This document shows positions 1-11,420 of a stretch of 64,000 nucleotides of DNA, in pieces. The notes beneath the pieces are model-generated. The model worked only from the letters and a program-made list of their open reading frames with translations. It did no database searches and was not told where the DNA came from. The position numbers were made by a program, and so were the translations under genes. Each line of letters opens with the position of its first letter. The first letter of the stretch is position 1. Source of the DNA: Raillietiella orientalis (Eukaryota); the NCBI GenBank assembly GCA_036172245.1, contig JAYWIR010000093.1, positions 124,001 through 188,000 on the forward strand, in the 5' to 3' direction.

Positions 1-199
1 ACTATCTTTAACAGCATCCTTGAACCCACTGACACGGCTCCCTGCAACTTGGCTGCCTTGGACGCGTGCGTGGGAAGCTTCGACTGGTGTCATGGCAACG
101 TCGCATTGCTGTGGTTTTCCACCCGAGTAAGCCGAAGCTTTTATTATTAAAATTTTTACATAGAAAAATTCCATAATGAAGTCATCTTTTTGGTCTTTT

Positions 200-2806
200 T
201 GGCTTTTGTTCTTCAGTCAGAACACATCGTTCTGATTGCCTTGAGGCACTTGTCCTTACCGACCCGCAGGCCGGAAAGGTCCTCATTGCTGTGGAAGAAA
301 GAGCGAGTAGCGCCCCAGCGTTGCTGTGGTTCCCTTCTTGCCTTCCTATTAATTACTTTTCGTATTCTTGGGTATACTTCATTTGCATCTTTTAACAGTC
401 TTGATATACTTTGATACCTTGACTAAACTAAATTGTTACATTTCTTTATCATGAAATGAAATATTCAGTGACACCGAACTCTCATCAAGTTCAATTATTG
501 ACCCAGTATCAGCAGTTCTATCAAGGCAGTCTAAGAAACCTTCAACTCGTTCTTTCATTTTATGATCACATGCCTGAAAGTAAGCAGGTAAGGGGATATT
601 TGTGGTCCAGAACAGGAATCATGAATCTGCAGACTGGTTATCACCTTGTCCGATAATGTATCTCTTTATACCTATTCTTCTCTCTATTAAGAAAGTGAAA
701 TGCAGTTGTCGCTAATGTCCGCCCTTCATAGTGCCACCCCTTCAACTCATCTGGATGTCAAAACCAGTATCTCACTTCCTGCTGGACTTCATTCTGGGTC
801 ATTTCGAAAAAGCATTCGGGCGGATTTCGGTCAGCAGCAAGGATGATCATAGATTCTTCGAAGTATTGGCGTGTCTATGTGCATAGTCCGGTTGTACGAA
901 ATATATCATCAGTTGATTGGAAAATGGGATGTACAAATATCCAACTCCAACACATTCCAGCTCTTTCATCAATCCCTCACCTGCTGACGGAGTCCTTATG
1001 CGAGGGCTCCAGGGTGAAGACATACAACTTCTGGGGCGACTATACAATCATTAACGGTTTTCTCCCTCTGTAATTAGCACTTGTGCAAGGGTTCCCTTTT
1101 GTTCTGCTGGCGTTCTTCCTGTTCAAAGCTTTCGTAAGAAACCAAATTTGCAGATGGTATTTTTTTTCGAGGCAGTGCAGTTCTTGTTGGCACTGCTTCT
1201 CGGGTTTGCTCCTTTGCTTCGGCGCTTTCGTTTGGCTACTGCTCATACTATATATTGGTCGTGTACAAATACATCCTTCAGTCTTGGGGGTTCCATCTCT
1301 TAAAGGTGCTCTCCGATAGAGTATCGCAGTGGAGGCAACGTATTTTGTTTCTTCTTCCACTTCATCAAGTGGGAGAGCCACTCTCGAGAGCAGGTTAAAG
1401 TGGTCCTCTTCGTGTTTCCGCTCCACTCCTGAGGAGGGTTTCATATCAAAGTCACCTTTGATGCTCGCATGCCCTTACTGTATCACCAAATATCTCCTTT
1501 CCCCGTCAAAAACTGGCCGAATCGCTTATGTTTTTCTGCAGCAGGCATCAATTGGGGAGCATCGCTGCCGTCATCCGAATTTGCAGCGCTCTTTTGCCTC
1601 TGTTTCTGAAACCATGTTGGAACGCAGGTGGTTCGTACAGTGGCAAAGATAAGTTTTCTTGAAGACACTGTTCAGTATCGCTCGGGAGTTTCTATAATAT
1701 CTCAAAGTTTCCCAAGGAAGTTTATCTTTTGCACGCTGCGTACCACGTTTTCCCGTCGGTGAGACGGTAAGCTGTTCTTTGGGGGACTTTCATCAAAAGT
1801 GCTCACATCAAAATGAATTTGTGATCATAGACTTCTCCTTCCACTCTCATTCGCAAATTAACTGATTCATGTGGTTTTCTTGTGATGTTTTTTCTGATGG
1901 TGAATTAACTAATCAGTGTGAGTTCAATGCCTCCTGACAATATTGGTTTAGGGTGCCGTCTGAATCACCAAACGACATCGTTGGTTATTGTGACACTGGC
2001 TGCTTGCTCTGTCCAAGAAATTGAATAGTGATGTGGAATTTCGGAGATTCCTACCAGCAGAGAATAAATCTCAGAGGAGGAATGAGTAGAGTACTCTGTT
2101 AAAAGGATGGTTTTCCGAATCATTCCGGGTGAGGCCAGTTGGCAACTTTTATGCACCGGGAGCTGTAAAGATTGTTTGCTCTGTTACTTTCGTTCACCCA
2201 ATCTTGAGCAAGAAATCGTTTGGTCCACCAGCAAGCATGAGGGTCTAAAAATTGATATGGCATCGTGATTCTTTCCGTGGGTTCTTTGCATCACCAAAGT
2301 TTCAATAGCACGTTGGGCGTTCCGAGGTCTTTAGGTCCAGAAATGGCAACGCAGTGAGGACAGTGTGTGAAGGGTATCCAAAACGAAGTCTTGCCGTTGA
2401 GTGCGAAGAAACCTTAGGTGTTTTGCATAATGGCAAGAAAAGTGAGTTGGGATTTCTTCGAAGGCCATTCGTTCCTATAGGGACGTCGTGTAATATCAAG
2501 GAGATTCTCGGATTAGTCTCAGTCTCCCATCGCAGCGTATTCCTTTTTCATGTTGTGAGGACAAAACGTTGTTCATACGCAGACCTTCGCCTGAGGCGTT
2601 CTCCCGGCATTGGATCTCTGATCGTTGGCTTATCCTCACGCTCTGATTTGCTTATCAGTTGCCTTTCGAGTCGTTGTGAAACTCCCTGGATATGATGTTT
2701 TTAAATGAAACGTTAATTACTGCCTGCAAATCGGAATCAAAGAAACTGCTGTTCGACAGTGTGCGTTCAATGCCTTCTGTCGATCGTACACTAAAGTGTC
2801 TTACAT
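200..2806 (-). pseudogene. Endogenous viral element: degenerate Mononegavirales-like L protein (RdRp), N-terminal half
   Basis: Minus-strand translation across frameshifts gives L motifs in the correct order: FFDSDLQAVI (2715-2744; cf. DxHLxSPI), FRRHP..GGIE (1923-1964; cf. GHP), ID..SWN (954-973; motif A), PIFQSTDDIFRTTGLCT*TRQYFEESMI (~845-929), HPDELKGWHYEGRT (716-757; cf. HxGGxEGLRQKGWT, motif B), IIGQGDNQ (GQGDNQ at 634-651; motif C), GSIIELDESSVS...HDKEM (motif D region), SQGIK/SISRLLKDANEVYP (~370-427). Former start probably ATG at 2806. Low-coordinate end is approximate. Confidence 0.9.
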
Positions 2807-2899
2807 GATTAGGAACTCAAACCATCACTTCATCAATACTACCTCTCAGACACATTTCATCACTCATCTACTTTACATTCTTCATTATATTCCCCCCCG

Positions 2900-3910
2900 T
2901 CTACACCACCAAAGGGACATGGAGAGGGTGCTGCCTTACTGGATGTTTGGGAAATTGGAGCAGCAAGGGAAAAGGACGAAATTGTTTGCATTTCAGCTTT
3001 TACCATCTTGCGAGAGAGGATCGCCGCGATGGAAGATGAAAATGTATTTGTGGGCCCCGTGAACTGGGCAGCAGCACCTACTACTTCAGGGACAGAATTC
3101 GAAGGAGGATAGCATCGGAAGCAACTGATTCGAGTGTTCCTTCCAGAGGATCCGCGACTAAATCCGAGTGCGGTTGACCAAGCGCAGCCAGAAGGTATCC
3201 GTTTTCTTCGCTCTTATCATTTGCAAGCGGATTTCTGCATGGAGTTTTCTCTCCACTCGTGTAACTACAAGCTTTCACTTTTTTAAGGCATCGCATATAG
3301 TGGGATGCGTTTAAGCCTCTCTAATTCTTGGTTGGCAGTGTATTCTAAGAATGCAATGAGCTCGTTTTATTGCATTCCATTTACACATTCACGCTCATTG
3401 ATTTGATGACTCCTTTATGAGATGTGAGTGAATTCGGAGACTCATGTGCTGGCCATGCAGACAACTGTAGGATATCCATTTAATCTTCGAGGTGCAAGAG
3501 CAGCGTTGATGATAAGAAACATACTGCAGGACACTGTCCGTTTCGTCGATTTGCACATCAAGTCGAGAGGGCAAAACGGGGCACAGCAGTACTCTGCAAA
3601 TGGGCATTCCTGGTTTCCAAGAGCTGATGGAAAAAACGAGACTTGGTCCAGTTGCGAGAACATACCACAGAATCTTCCGTGTGCCTCCATATCAGCTCTC
3701 TCCAACGCCTTCATGGGCACCAAAAACTCATACTCTTTCGCTGAAGAATCTTTTCAAATATAGAAACTCGGAGAAGTTGAAAAAAATGGGTTTATGTTTT
3801 GCTGAGCTCTGATGCAAACTGCTTCCAAGTCTGACACGTGACGGTAAAAGTGTTGTCGGTAGCCGCTTCTGCTCTATCATTGCCCAAGTCAACGGGTTGA
3901 ACACCATCAT
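2900..3910 (-). pseudogene. Degenerate ORF of unknown function between the G-like and L genes of the viral fossil
   Basis: Series of broken, intronless minus-strand frames (3728-3910, 3442-3723, 3081-3296) of similar composition to the flanking viral genes; no recognisable motif. Assigned by position only. Confidence 0.35.
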
Positions 3911-4049
3911 GGATAAGCCCCGCCGTGGCTGTTCTTTCTAATGATTGCGCGTATCGTCTCCTCTTCGCTTCGCTGCGCTAAACAGGGAAAATCTAATATT
4001 CATTGAACTATTCGTTGTACCTATTAAGTGTTTCGAGACCATTAGTCAA

Positions 4050-5790
4050 GTCATCCGCAGATACGACTTCGCTTGCGCAAGAGACTGAACCTTCTTCTAT
4101 ATTGTCTCAAATACTGGTAATCTGAGCATTTGTTAGTATGATGTACACAGTCGTGATGGGTAGGGCAAGAATTTTGGCCACCCGAAAGACTCCACACACT
4201 TGTCCACAGCACTTTGTTAGATATGATTGCTGTATGCACTTTCTTTTCTGTCAATCTAAAGTTGAACCATATCGAATATCTCGCTGACGTGTCAGTCGTT
4301 TTTTTCTAGAGCTTCTTTTGTATCAGTTAGCTGCATTCATTCCAGAACAGTCACAGATCGTAATCAACTCTATGGTGATATCGTCTCCTGACCATGTTTC
4401 CTTGATATTTTCGCCGGGTTCAATGTTGTTTGATTTAGCTGCAGCAGCATCTAGCCAGTTCCATTAGTGTTTTTCGTTTTTTACAACTTTTCTCATCTTC
4501 ATAGGTGAGTACTCCTCACTGATCTTGGGATATGGGAAAGTGCATATAGCAGTTTATCATGATCTTCCTTTGGGATCCCCCAAGACTAGAAAATATCTGC
4601 GTAGAGACAACTGCCTTCACATGAGTAACGTCTGCAACTTCATAAAACCGAGCTCTGATTATGCAAACCCTCAAGTGTTTCTGCAACCAGACCTTTCCAT
4701 GTTCTCATCGGGTGGCAGAGTGCACTGTCCTTTGATGCACCTTTTGACCCAAGTTTCCTCTTCTGGAGAACATCTCGGAGGTCCAGCATTCTACATTGTC
4801 CAGTGATTAACAGGCACTGAATACTCTGACCAAATTTGCAGATTTCACTCATTTCATGCATCCTTTCAAAACTCAATGACCGACTTTTTTTTCATTTTCT
4901 GTGTCATAGGAATCCCATGGACTACACGAGGGGTGACTCGACACAGTCTGTCCCAACCGGGATCAAAATCTCTGAAACTCCGTCCATGCAAAGAGAGACT
5001 ATCCTAGTGTAGATTTGGGAAACATCGCAAGACCCCAGAATGCCCAATCAAGTTTGACAGTCCATGTCGTTAAATAGCGTCCTACCAAAGCCAGTAATGT
5101 ATCGTGCTCCAATATGGTATCTCTCCGGAAGACACATTACATCAGTATGAGAGCATGCGAGATTTTTGTTCTCTCCAAGATCAGGGCAGCACTGAGCCAA
5201 ATTATTGTTCAACAGGCGTCTAATGCAATAGCTGCTGGGTGAGTTCCTGTTGGAGACGGGTGGAACCGTGTTTACGGCTTCCGCAGCTTAATCCCCCAGA
5301 TTTAGTAGCTCCTGTTTGATACAGGAAGCCGTTGTGTCTCTTGGACATGTGTTTTACTTTCTTGCGTATGTCTCAGGTGCTCGTGTTATGCTCGGGAGCG
5401 TTAGCCATCGCTACTGTCTTGTCAAAGGGGATTACACCATAGTGCACGGTAATCATCTTCCTCGGTTGCTCTTTGGACTTTGCTTAGCACACACCGTCCC
5501 TTATTTTCACTTACACATCGCCTTCGTGGATGTTGCCAGTGCTAATGCATTTGAGACAAGTTTCTTGTCAATCACGAAGAGAAAGCAAAATGCACATGTA
5601 TCTCAATACAGGATCAGATACACCACGTGCACAGATCGTGCATTTCCATGGCCATTGAGTACTCGCAGGTTTTCTTTTTTCCATTACGCTGACACGATTG
5701 ATGCTTTATCCTGCGTCACTGTTAGTCGAAAACCCATTGCCTGCGCGGGAACCACGTTTTTGACCTCGTACAAAGCCTCCTATTTAACGA
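4050..5790 (-). pseudogene. Endogenous viral element: degenerate rhabdovirus/lispivirus-like glycoprotein G
   Basis: Minus frame ...WKKENLRVLNGHG...DTCAFCFLFVIDKKLVSNALALATSTKAMCK...VC.../PEEDDYRALWC resembles the Cys spacing of class III G proteins; further Cys-rich segments near 4700; hydrophobic stretch VAKILALPITTVYIIL near 4130-4185 with basic residues (RRR..RKR) in an adjacent frame; ~1.7 kb long and upstream of L. Confidence 0.55.
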
Positions 5791-5829
5791 GAAATCTCAT
5801 TTTTCATTTTAATTTCAATTTAATGTCAT

Positions 5830-6600
5830 TCGATTGATATTTGTTCTTCGTTCATGCTGTCTTCTACCAACGTGTTGCTATTATTTCTATTGCAGTCGAA
5901 AGCTTTCTGGTACTCTTCCCTTTTGTGGGTCCGAATTTGCTCTTCTCCGTTCCCACAAGAGTGGAGGACAATGTTTTACGGGGAGGGAAGGGAAGAGAAG
6001 GAATCACAGATCGCCAGGGAGGTCCTCTGCATCCGACTTTGGATGCGAACAAGTGCCGGTTGTAATGTCGTTGACCGGCGCCATCAGGAAGCCTTCCCCA
6101 TGGAGACGGCTGTCCAGTGAATGACTTTCTGGCTGTTGTGACTTCTCCTAGAACCAGTCCATTTGTCCAGGATTCCGAGTATCCAGCAGAGAACTGCTAC
6201 ACACGAGGCTGCTGGCAAAGCATCCCACATCAGGAGGCGGCAAATGACTTTTGGGTCGCCCACCGGAATGTTCAGAATCGACAACAGTCGATTCCACATA
6301 GGGTGGAGGACCACACACTCGATGATTAGGTGCGGGAAGGTTTCCCGTTTTCCGCACCCTGCACAATTGGCATCTACACTCTCGTGGGGCCAGCAGGAGT
6401 AGCCATCGACACGACACGACACGTGCTGGAGACCGCCATGCAGTGAAGGGAGGTCATCAGGATGGCAGTCGTCCATATCGGACTGCAAGGTGCAAGGTGG
6501 CTTTGCCTGGAAGAAACGAAGCAGATCGCCGGCATCCACCTCCGGTTGGTGGACAGTTAGGAACGGCGGACTCCGGTGACCCTTGCCTCCTCACACCATT
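5830..6600 (-). mobile_element. 5'-truncated Tx1/L1-like LINE (ORF2 C-terminal zinc-binding domain plus 3' UTR)
   Basis: DANCAGCGKRETFPHLIIECVVLHPMW (C-x2-C..H-x4-C, zf-RVT type); very similar peptide and 3' UTR in the copy at ~19700-20250. Confidence 0.85.
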
Positions 6601-7234
6601 TATTTATTTATGCATTTTCATTTCCTCATTCCTTTTCACCGTTCGCTCCGCGCCTTCCCTGTGATTTTGCTTTTAACCTGATGCACACGGAGCCAACTCA
6701 AAGATCCCTGCCCCATCCTACAGCATTCATTTTTTTGTCTCCCGTTCCTGACTTTTCGATATCCCGGCCTGCGGGTCGGCGGGTCCCACTCTCAGCTCCT
6801 TCTGCCTTCGATTGGGAACCAGCTTGTTCCCGACCGGTTCATTTTTTTACTAAATGCACGCCCCGGAGTGACTGGCCGAAGAAATTCATCCCGTGGTAGC
6901 TGACGACCTGCGAGGAATGCTGGCCGGGATCCACGTGGTCTTTCTGCCGAAGAATTCGGCGACCCCTCCGAAGGAGAACCGCTTCCGTGCTCACGGCCGT
7001 CCCGATCCGCACTTCAGAGGTGGCTCAGGGCAACAGGAACGACGGGGGTTGCGAATTAGCGGAAGGCAAGCGCCTGCCTCCGGGCATTTGCAGCCCGACA
7101 CACGACTGGAAGGTTCATCCGAAGACCCCGAAAGCCGAAATCCCCGAACGATCAGAATCCCACCAGATTATAAAAACGTGGTTACCATATACAACCCTTA
7201 TTTTCTTTTCTTTGTATATATATATATGCCAAGA

Positions 7235-7620
7235 AGCAAAGATGGGCTGTCCTACAAATGGTCCTACAATAATCGTACATGATATATATTAATTCGTATA
7301 TCAGTCTTTACGTATTTATCCCTTTGAGTGCTGTGGACAAATATGTATGCGTTCGACAAATGTTTTTACACTGTACACGCGACATAAGTTAACACGATCC
7401 GTGTTTGAGACGGACGCGCGCACTGACGTTCTTATCATTACCTTGGCAACGACACTTTATAAGGTCAATCGGTAGAGCACGGGGTACGTGGAAAAGAATG
7501 CCGTCCACAGAGGTCACGACTGCGACTCGCGTGTCGTCAACACGGAACGTTTCAATCTGGTGAGCTGCTCACCCAAGGGATTGCTTATAGGACCCATTTG
7601 TAGGGCAACCCATCTTTGCT
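7235..7620. mobile_element. MITE-like non-autonomous DNA element (~390 bp)
   Basis: Imperfect ~35-bp terminal inverted repeats: AGCAAAGATGGGCTGTCCTACAAATGGTCCTACAA (from 7235) and TTATAGGACCCATTTGTAGGGCAACCCATCTTTGCT (7585-7620); non-coding interior. Confidence 0.7.
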
Positions 7621-8267
7621 CTTCTTCTGTTTAAGCCACGCGGCGAGGTGAGGGAAAGCACCCAGCGTACGGACAGGCCATGGAAGGCGTGGACGCCGAT
7701 GCTCTCGGTGTTTCAGAATTCTCGTGGGCATTGTAGGACGGGAAAGATCCCGCATCCAGTTACGTCACTCTCTCACTCTTCTCGTGCTGGGGGGCCTCCC
7801 CGACCTCGCGGTGATTGCCTCCAAACCGCCGAAGCGGCGCAGGCTCTCGACGTGAGCAAAATGCCCTCTCGGAACGAATGGGGAAGAAGGAGGGATGGGG
7901 CCGGCGAAGAGGGAAGGGCGGAGCCGGCTTCATGGGGATGAACGCGGACCCGCTGGTGCGAGGACGGATGGGTCGGCACAGAGGACGGAGATCTGAACCC
8001 AAACCACTCTTGCCCCATTTCTAGGAAAGCTGACGGGGTGCCCAGGCGCTGGCGGCATCGGAGGCCAAGGGCCTCCACCTCCGCGCCGGAAGTAGGGCTT
8101 GGGTAGCGCTCCCTTCTGTCCCCACAAGCCCGCGATATTCTTCTTCTGTCATCCGATGCGAGCAAAATCCCGAAAGGTCGTAAGAGATGTTAATTACACA
8201 TAATAAGCATATATATTTATTTGTAGTATTCTCAAGTGTATGTACATGTAGATATATGAACGCACAT

Positions 8268-8360
8268 GGATAGATAGATATGGATATATAGATGGATAGA
8301 TGGCACTATCTATCTATCTATATCATATCTATATAGATATAGATAGATAGATAGATAGAT
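8268..8360. repeat. (GATA)n/(TATC)n compound microsatellite in an AT-rich island
   Basis: Visible GATA and TATC runs in opposite orientations. Confidence 0.85.
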
Positions 8361-9686
8361 GAACAGTGTAATCAGCATACATGCTTATTACACATATTCA
8401 TATATAAATTTATATAAAGATTAATACATGGATGAATATATATCATGAAGATTAAAAATAAACGTATGCGCTTCCTCCACGGACCTTAGTAGGCAGATTT
8501 ATTGTGATATGCATAGTTATTCATATTTATTTTAACATGCATATTATTAACAGTGACATTACTAGAAAAGATATATTTATAACGATTTAGTGACATACAT
8601 TTTATTAATAAAAATAATAAGCTGCCAGTCATACTGGTGATATATCTATAGACGTGCGTTGATATACCTATTGAAGGTTGTAAAAAACAAATGTATATGC
8701 TTGTCATACGTGTAGCTACCTAAATATAATGTAAAAATAAGAATACATGGATTAACATGTCATGAATCATGTATCATGAAGGTTATAAAAAAAATAAACA
8801 CACGTGCTTATTTTATATGCATATATATGTATTTATGTGTACATACACACACCCATAACGAGCTTCTCAGGGTTCGGTTTTCTTCCTCTGCGAGCGTCTG
8901 AAATGGCATTCCGGGCGCTTGGCTTCGGGGCGTGGTCCGCCGCGCCACCGGAAGCAGCGCTTGCGCTGCACGATCTTTCTTTAAAACAGGTTGGCGTTCC
9001 TCCCCCCTCCTCCTCCAGCCCTTCGTTGGTGCGCACGCGCGCAGGCGGTGAGGCCCCTTTTGCCCCGTCTGTCCCACCGACTTGCGCAGCGATCTCTCGG
9101 ATCGCCCTCCCTGGGGACCGCAATTTCTCACCGGGCGGCGGATGGTCACTCCGAGAGGTCAGCGCGCGCAGTCCCTTACCGGAAGACGAGCGAGCAGAGG
9201 GACGATGAGGGTTCCTGGCCACCGACGGCTCGCGTTCCACGGGACGGAGGGACCTCCCAGGGAAGTCACATGAGGGGCTTTCGACGCGCGCTCGCCGCTC
9301 GGAGGGGCGCCCTCCGCTTGGGAGGTGCTTCAGAGAGCTTCCTCACCCGCCCGCCGGCTGCGTTCGTTGCCACTGGAGGCGAGCCACGCCGTCCCTCGCG
9401 CCCTCTCGCCCACTCACCGCCCTCCACGGGCAGCAGGGACTCCCGCTGCCGGCTCGAAGGCTTCTTCGTCCGAGCGGAGCGGTGGCTGCAAAAGATACCT
9501 TCTGCCATGGTGAGTGGGCTCGCCATCTGCCGGGTGGAACGTTGTCTCGACAGGGACTGCTCCTTCGTTGCCCCGGTGATTTTCCTCTTCCCCAGCTGGA
9601 GCACGCCCATTCGCAGCGTCTGTCTCCTTAGCTGTCCGTTTGCTCAGCTCACGTAGGGAGGGACAGGAACTTGGCACACCGATGAC

Positions 9687-9815
9687 CATCTATCTTTCCG
9701 TCCATCTATTTATCCATCTGTGTACCTGTTTGTCTGTCTGTCTATCTATCTCTCTATCCATCTGTCCATGTATGTATTTGTTTGTCTATCCATCTATCTT
9801 TCCATCTGTCCATCC
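9687..9815. repeat. Degenerate (CATC/TATC/TGTC)n microsatellite
   Basis: Visible tetranucleotide array directly before the LINE ORF1 region. Confidence 0.85.
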
Positions 9816-9829
9816 GCTCGTCGGCAATG

Positions 9830-11420
9830 CGCTGCGAAGGACTTCTTTCGCCGCTGCAGGCTCAGGAAGTCCACTCTCGGCGACCTCCTGAGGCGTCCGT
9901 CCTCGCTGCTGGGGGCTCACCCATGGGTCTCCTGCTGCCTCCCAGACTGTAACGTGTGGTGGCCGGAGGCACCAGAGCCCTGAATGACCACCCTAGAGGT
10001 TCCTCGTCCTCTGCGGAGAGTCCTTTCCGAGTAGCTGGGAGACCTCCTGCAGGACTAAACGCGGCAGTCCCGGACGGCCCCTTGCTACAACACTCCCCTC
10101 CCTCGGAGAAAACAGAGGTTCCAGAAGCCAGCCAACGGGGTGGGAGTCCTGCGGATTCGCAGGAGTCGAAGGACTCCTGGTCGGTCTCAAAACACCCAGC
10201 GGCCACGCGATGATTGCCTGAAGTCTCGAGGACCACGAGCACACGAGCAACCTCGGGATGAAAGCTCCCTTCCGTCCCATACCTCCTGCGCTCGGTGGAG
10301 GCTAGCCCACCCTCTTGTCTCCGCGAGAGATCGAGATGGGTCCTTTGGAAGGGCGGGAGACGAAAGGATGGATCGAGTGGCTGACGAGAGAGCTGCCGAC
10401 GGTACCCAGCTCGTCCCCACCACACCCCTCGTTGTTGTAGCAGCCCGAGCTGCCTGCCCGACGGCAGCGTGCATGCGACTCGTTGCTCGAGGTTTTCCCT
10501 CTGTGGGATTCCGGTCCCAGGATTGATTGGCCTCCCCTGCGCACGTCGGCATGGCGGAGACCTGCGACCCTCACCCCATAAGGGGAATACGCCCGCGGGT
10601 TTCCTCGTGGACATCTCGTTTGCCTTCTTACCCAACACCCCAGGGCATCGCGATGGAGGTAGGTGTGGGGGAGGCTTGTCCCCTCCCTCAACCTGCAGAA
10701 TCGAGGGCATCTACCCCAGGATCATCCCCGCCACCGCCGGCGAGGAGTTGGAGCGCCGTGGTGGCCGAGCCAAGCGCGGAAGCCATGGCAGAGATGGCCG
10801 CTTATAAGGCCTCCGGATACAAGCCATCGCTTGTATATAAGGTAGGTCCCTTATTCGAAAACCAGACAGCACGCTCTTTTAGTAGAGCGTTGCAAGCTCT
10901 AAACGTGCGTAAAGAAGATCTTGATGGTCTCACCGTGCTCAGCGGAGCGCAACGAGTCGAGGTGATATGTAAAGAACTCACCTTGGCTCAGCGCTTAATA
11001 AATACACCGCTGGTCATGGAAGGCCGCAAGATCTTCCCGATGACGATGGACCGCTCCGTCGTGGTTCATCTCACTGGCATCACTAACCGCATGACCCGGT
11101 CTGCGGTTAGTGAAGAACTTCAAAAATATGGAGAGGTGCACTCAATCTGACCTAAACCCACCGTTTTCGAGGGCTATAATAGCCTTTTCGGGGGTCAGGC
11201 TGCGGCACGTGTCACCGTAAAAGAGGATGGTGGGCTCCCCCACAAACTGGAGTTCGTATAAGAGCCGGTCGACCTTTGGTACGTGGGGAAGCCTCAGTAT
11301 TGCGGCTACTGCAATGCAGTAGGACAAATTCGTAAATGGTGTTAGAACATTGAGTGCCACCTGTGCGGAGTAAAGGGCCACGTTCGACGCGTGTGCCCTG
11401 AGCGCCCCGACGAGGAGTCT
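9830..11420 (+). mobile_element. Tx1/L1-like LINE ORF1 (gag-like, zinc knuckles), decayed and cut at its 3' side
   Basis: ARSWSAVVA...VSEELQKYGEVHSI*...WYVGKPQYCGYCNAVGQIRKWC*NIECHLCGVKGHVRRVCP (two CCHC-type knuckles, in-frame stops); ends abruptly at ~11420. 5' boundary approximate. Confidence 0.85.

Noticed and set aside
1..5800. BEL/Pao or other LTR retrotransposon as the explanation
   Set aside because: No RT YxDD, protease, integrase or LTRs; the motifs present are those of a negative-strand RNA virus polymerase.
5316..5837. 173-aa + strand ORF
   Set aside because: Antisense to the glycoprotein-like remnant, non-ATG start, no recognisable motif.
9862..10710. 282-aa minus ORF
   Set aside because: Antisense shadow of the GC-rich LINE ORF1 N-terminal region.
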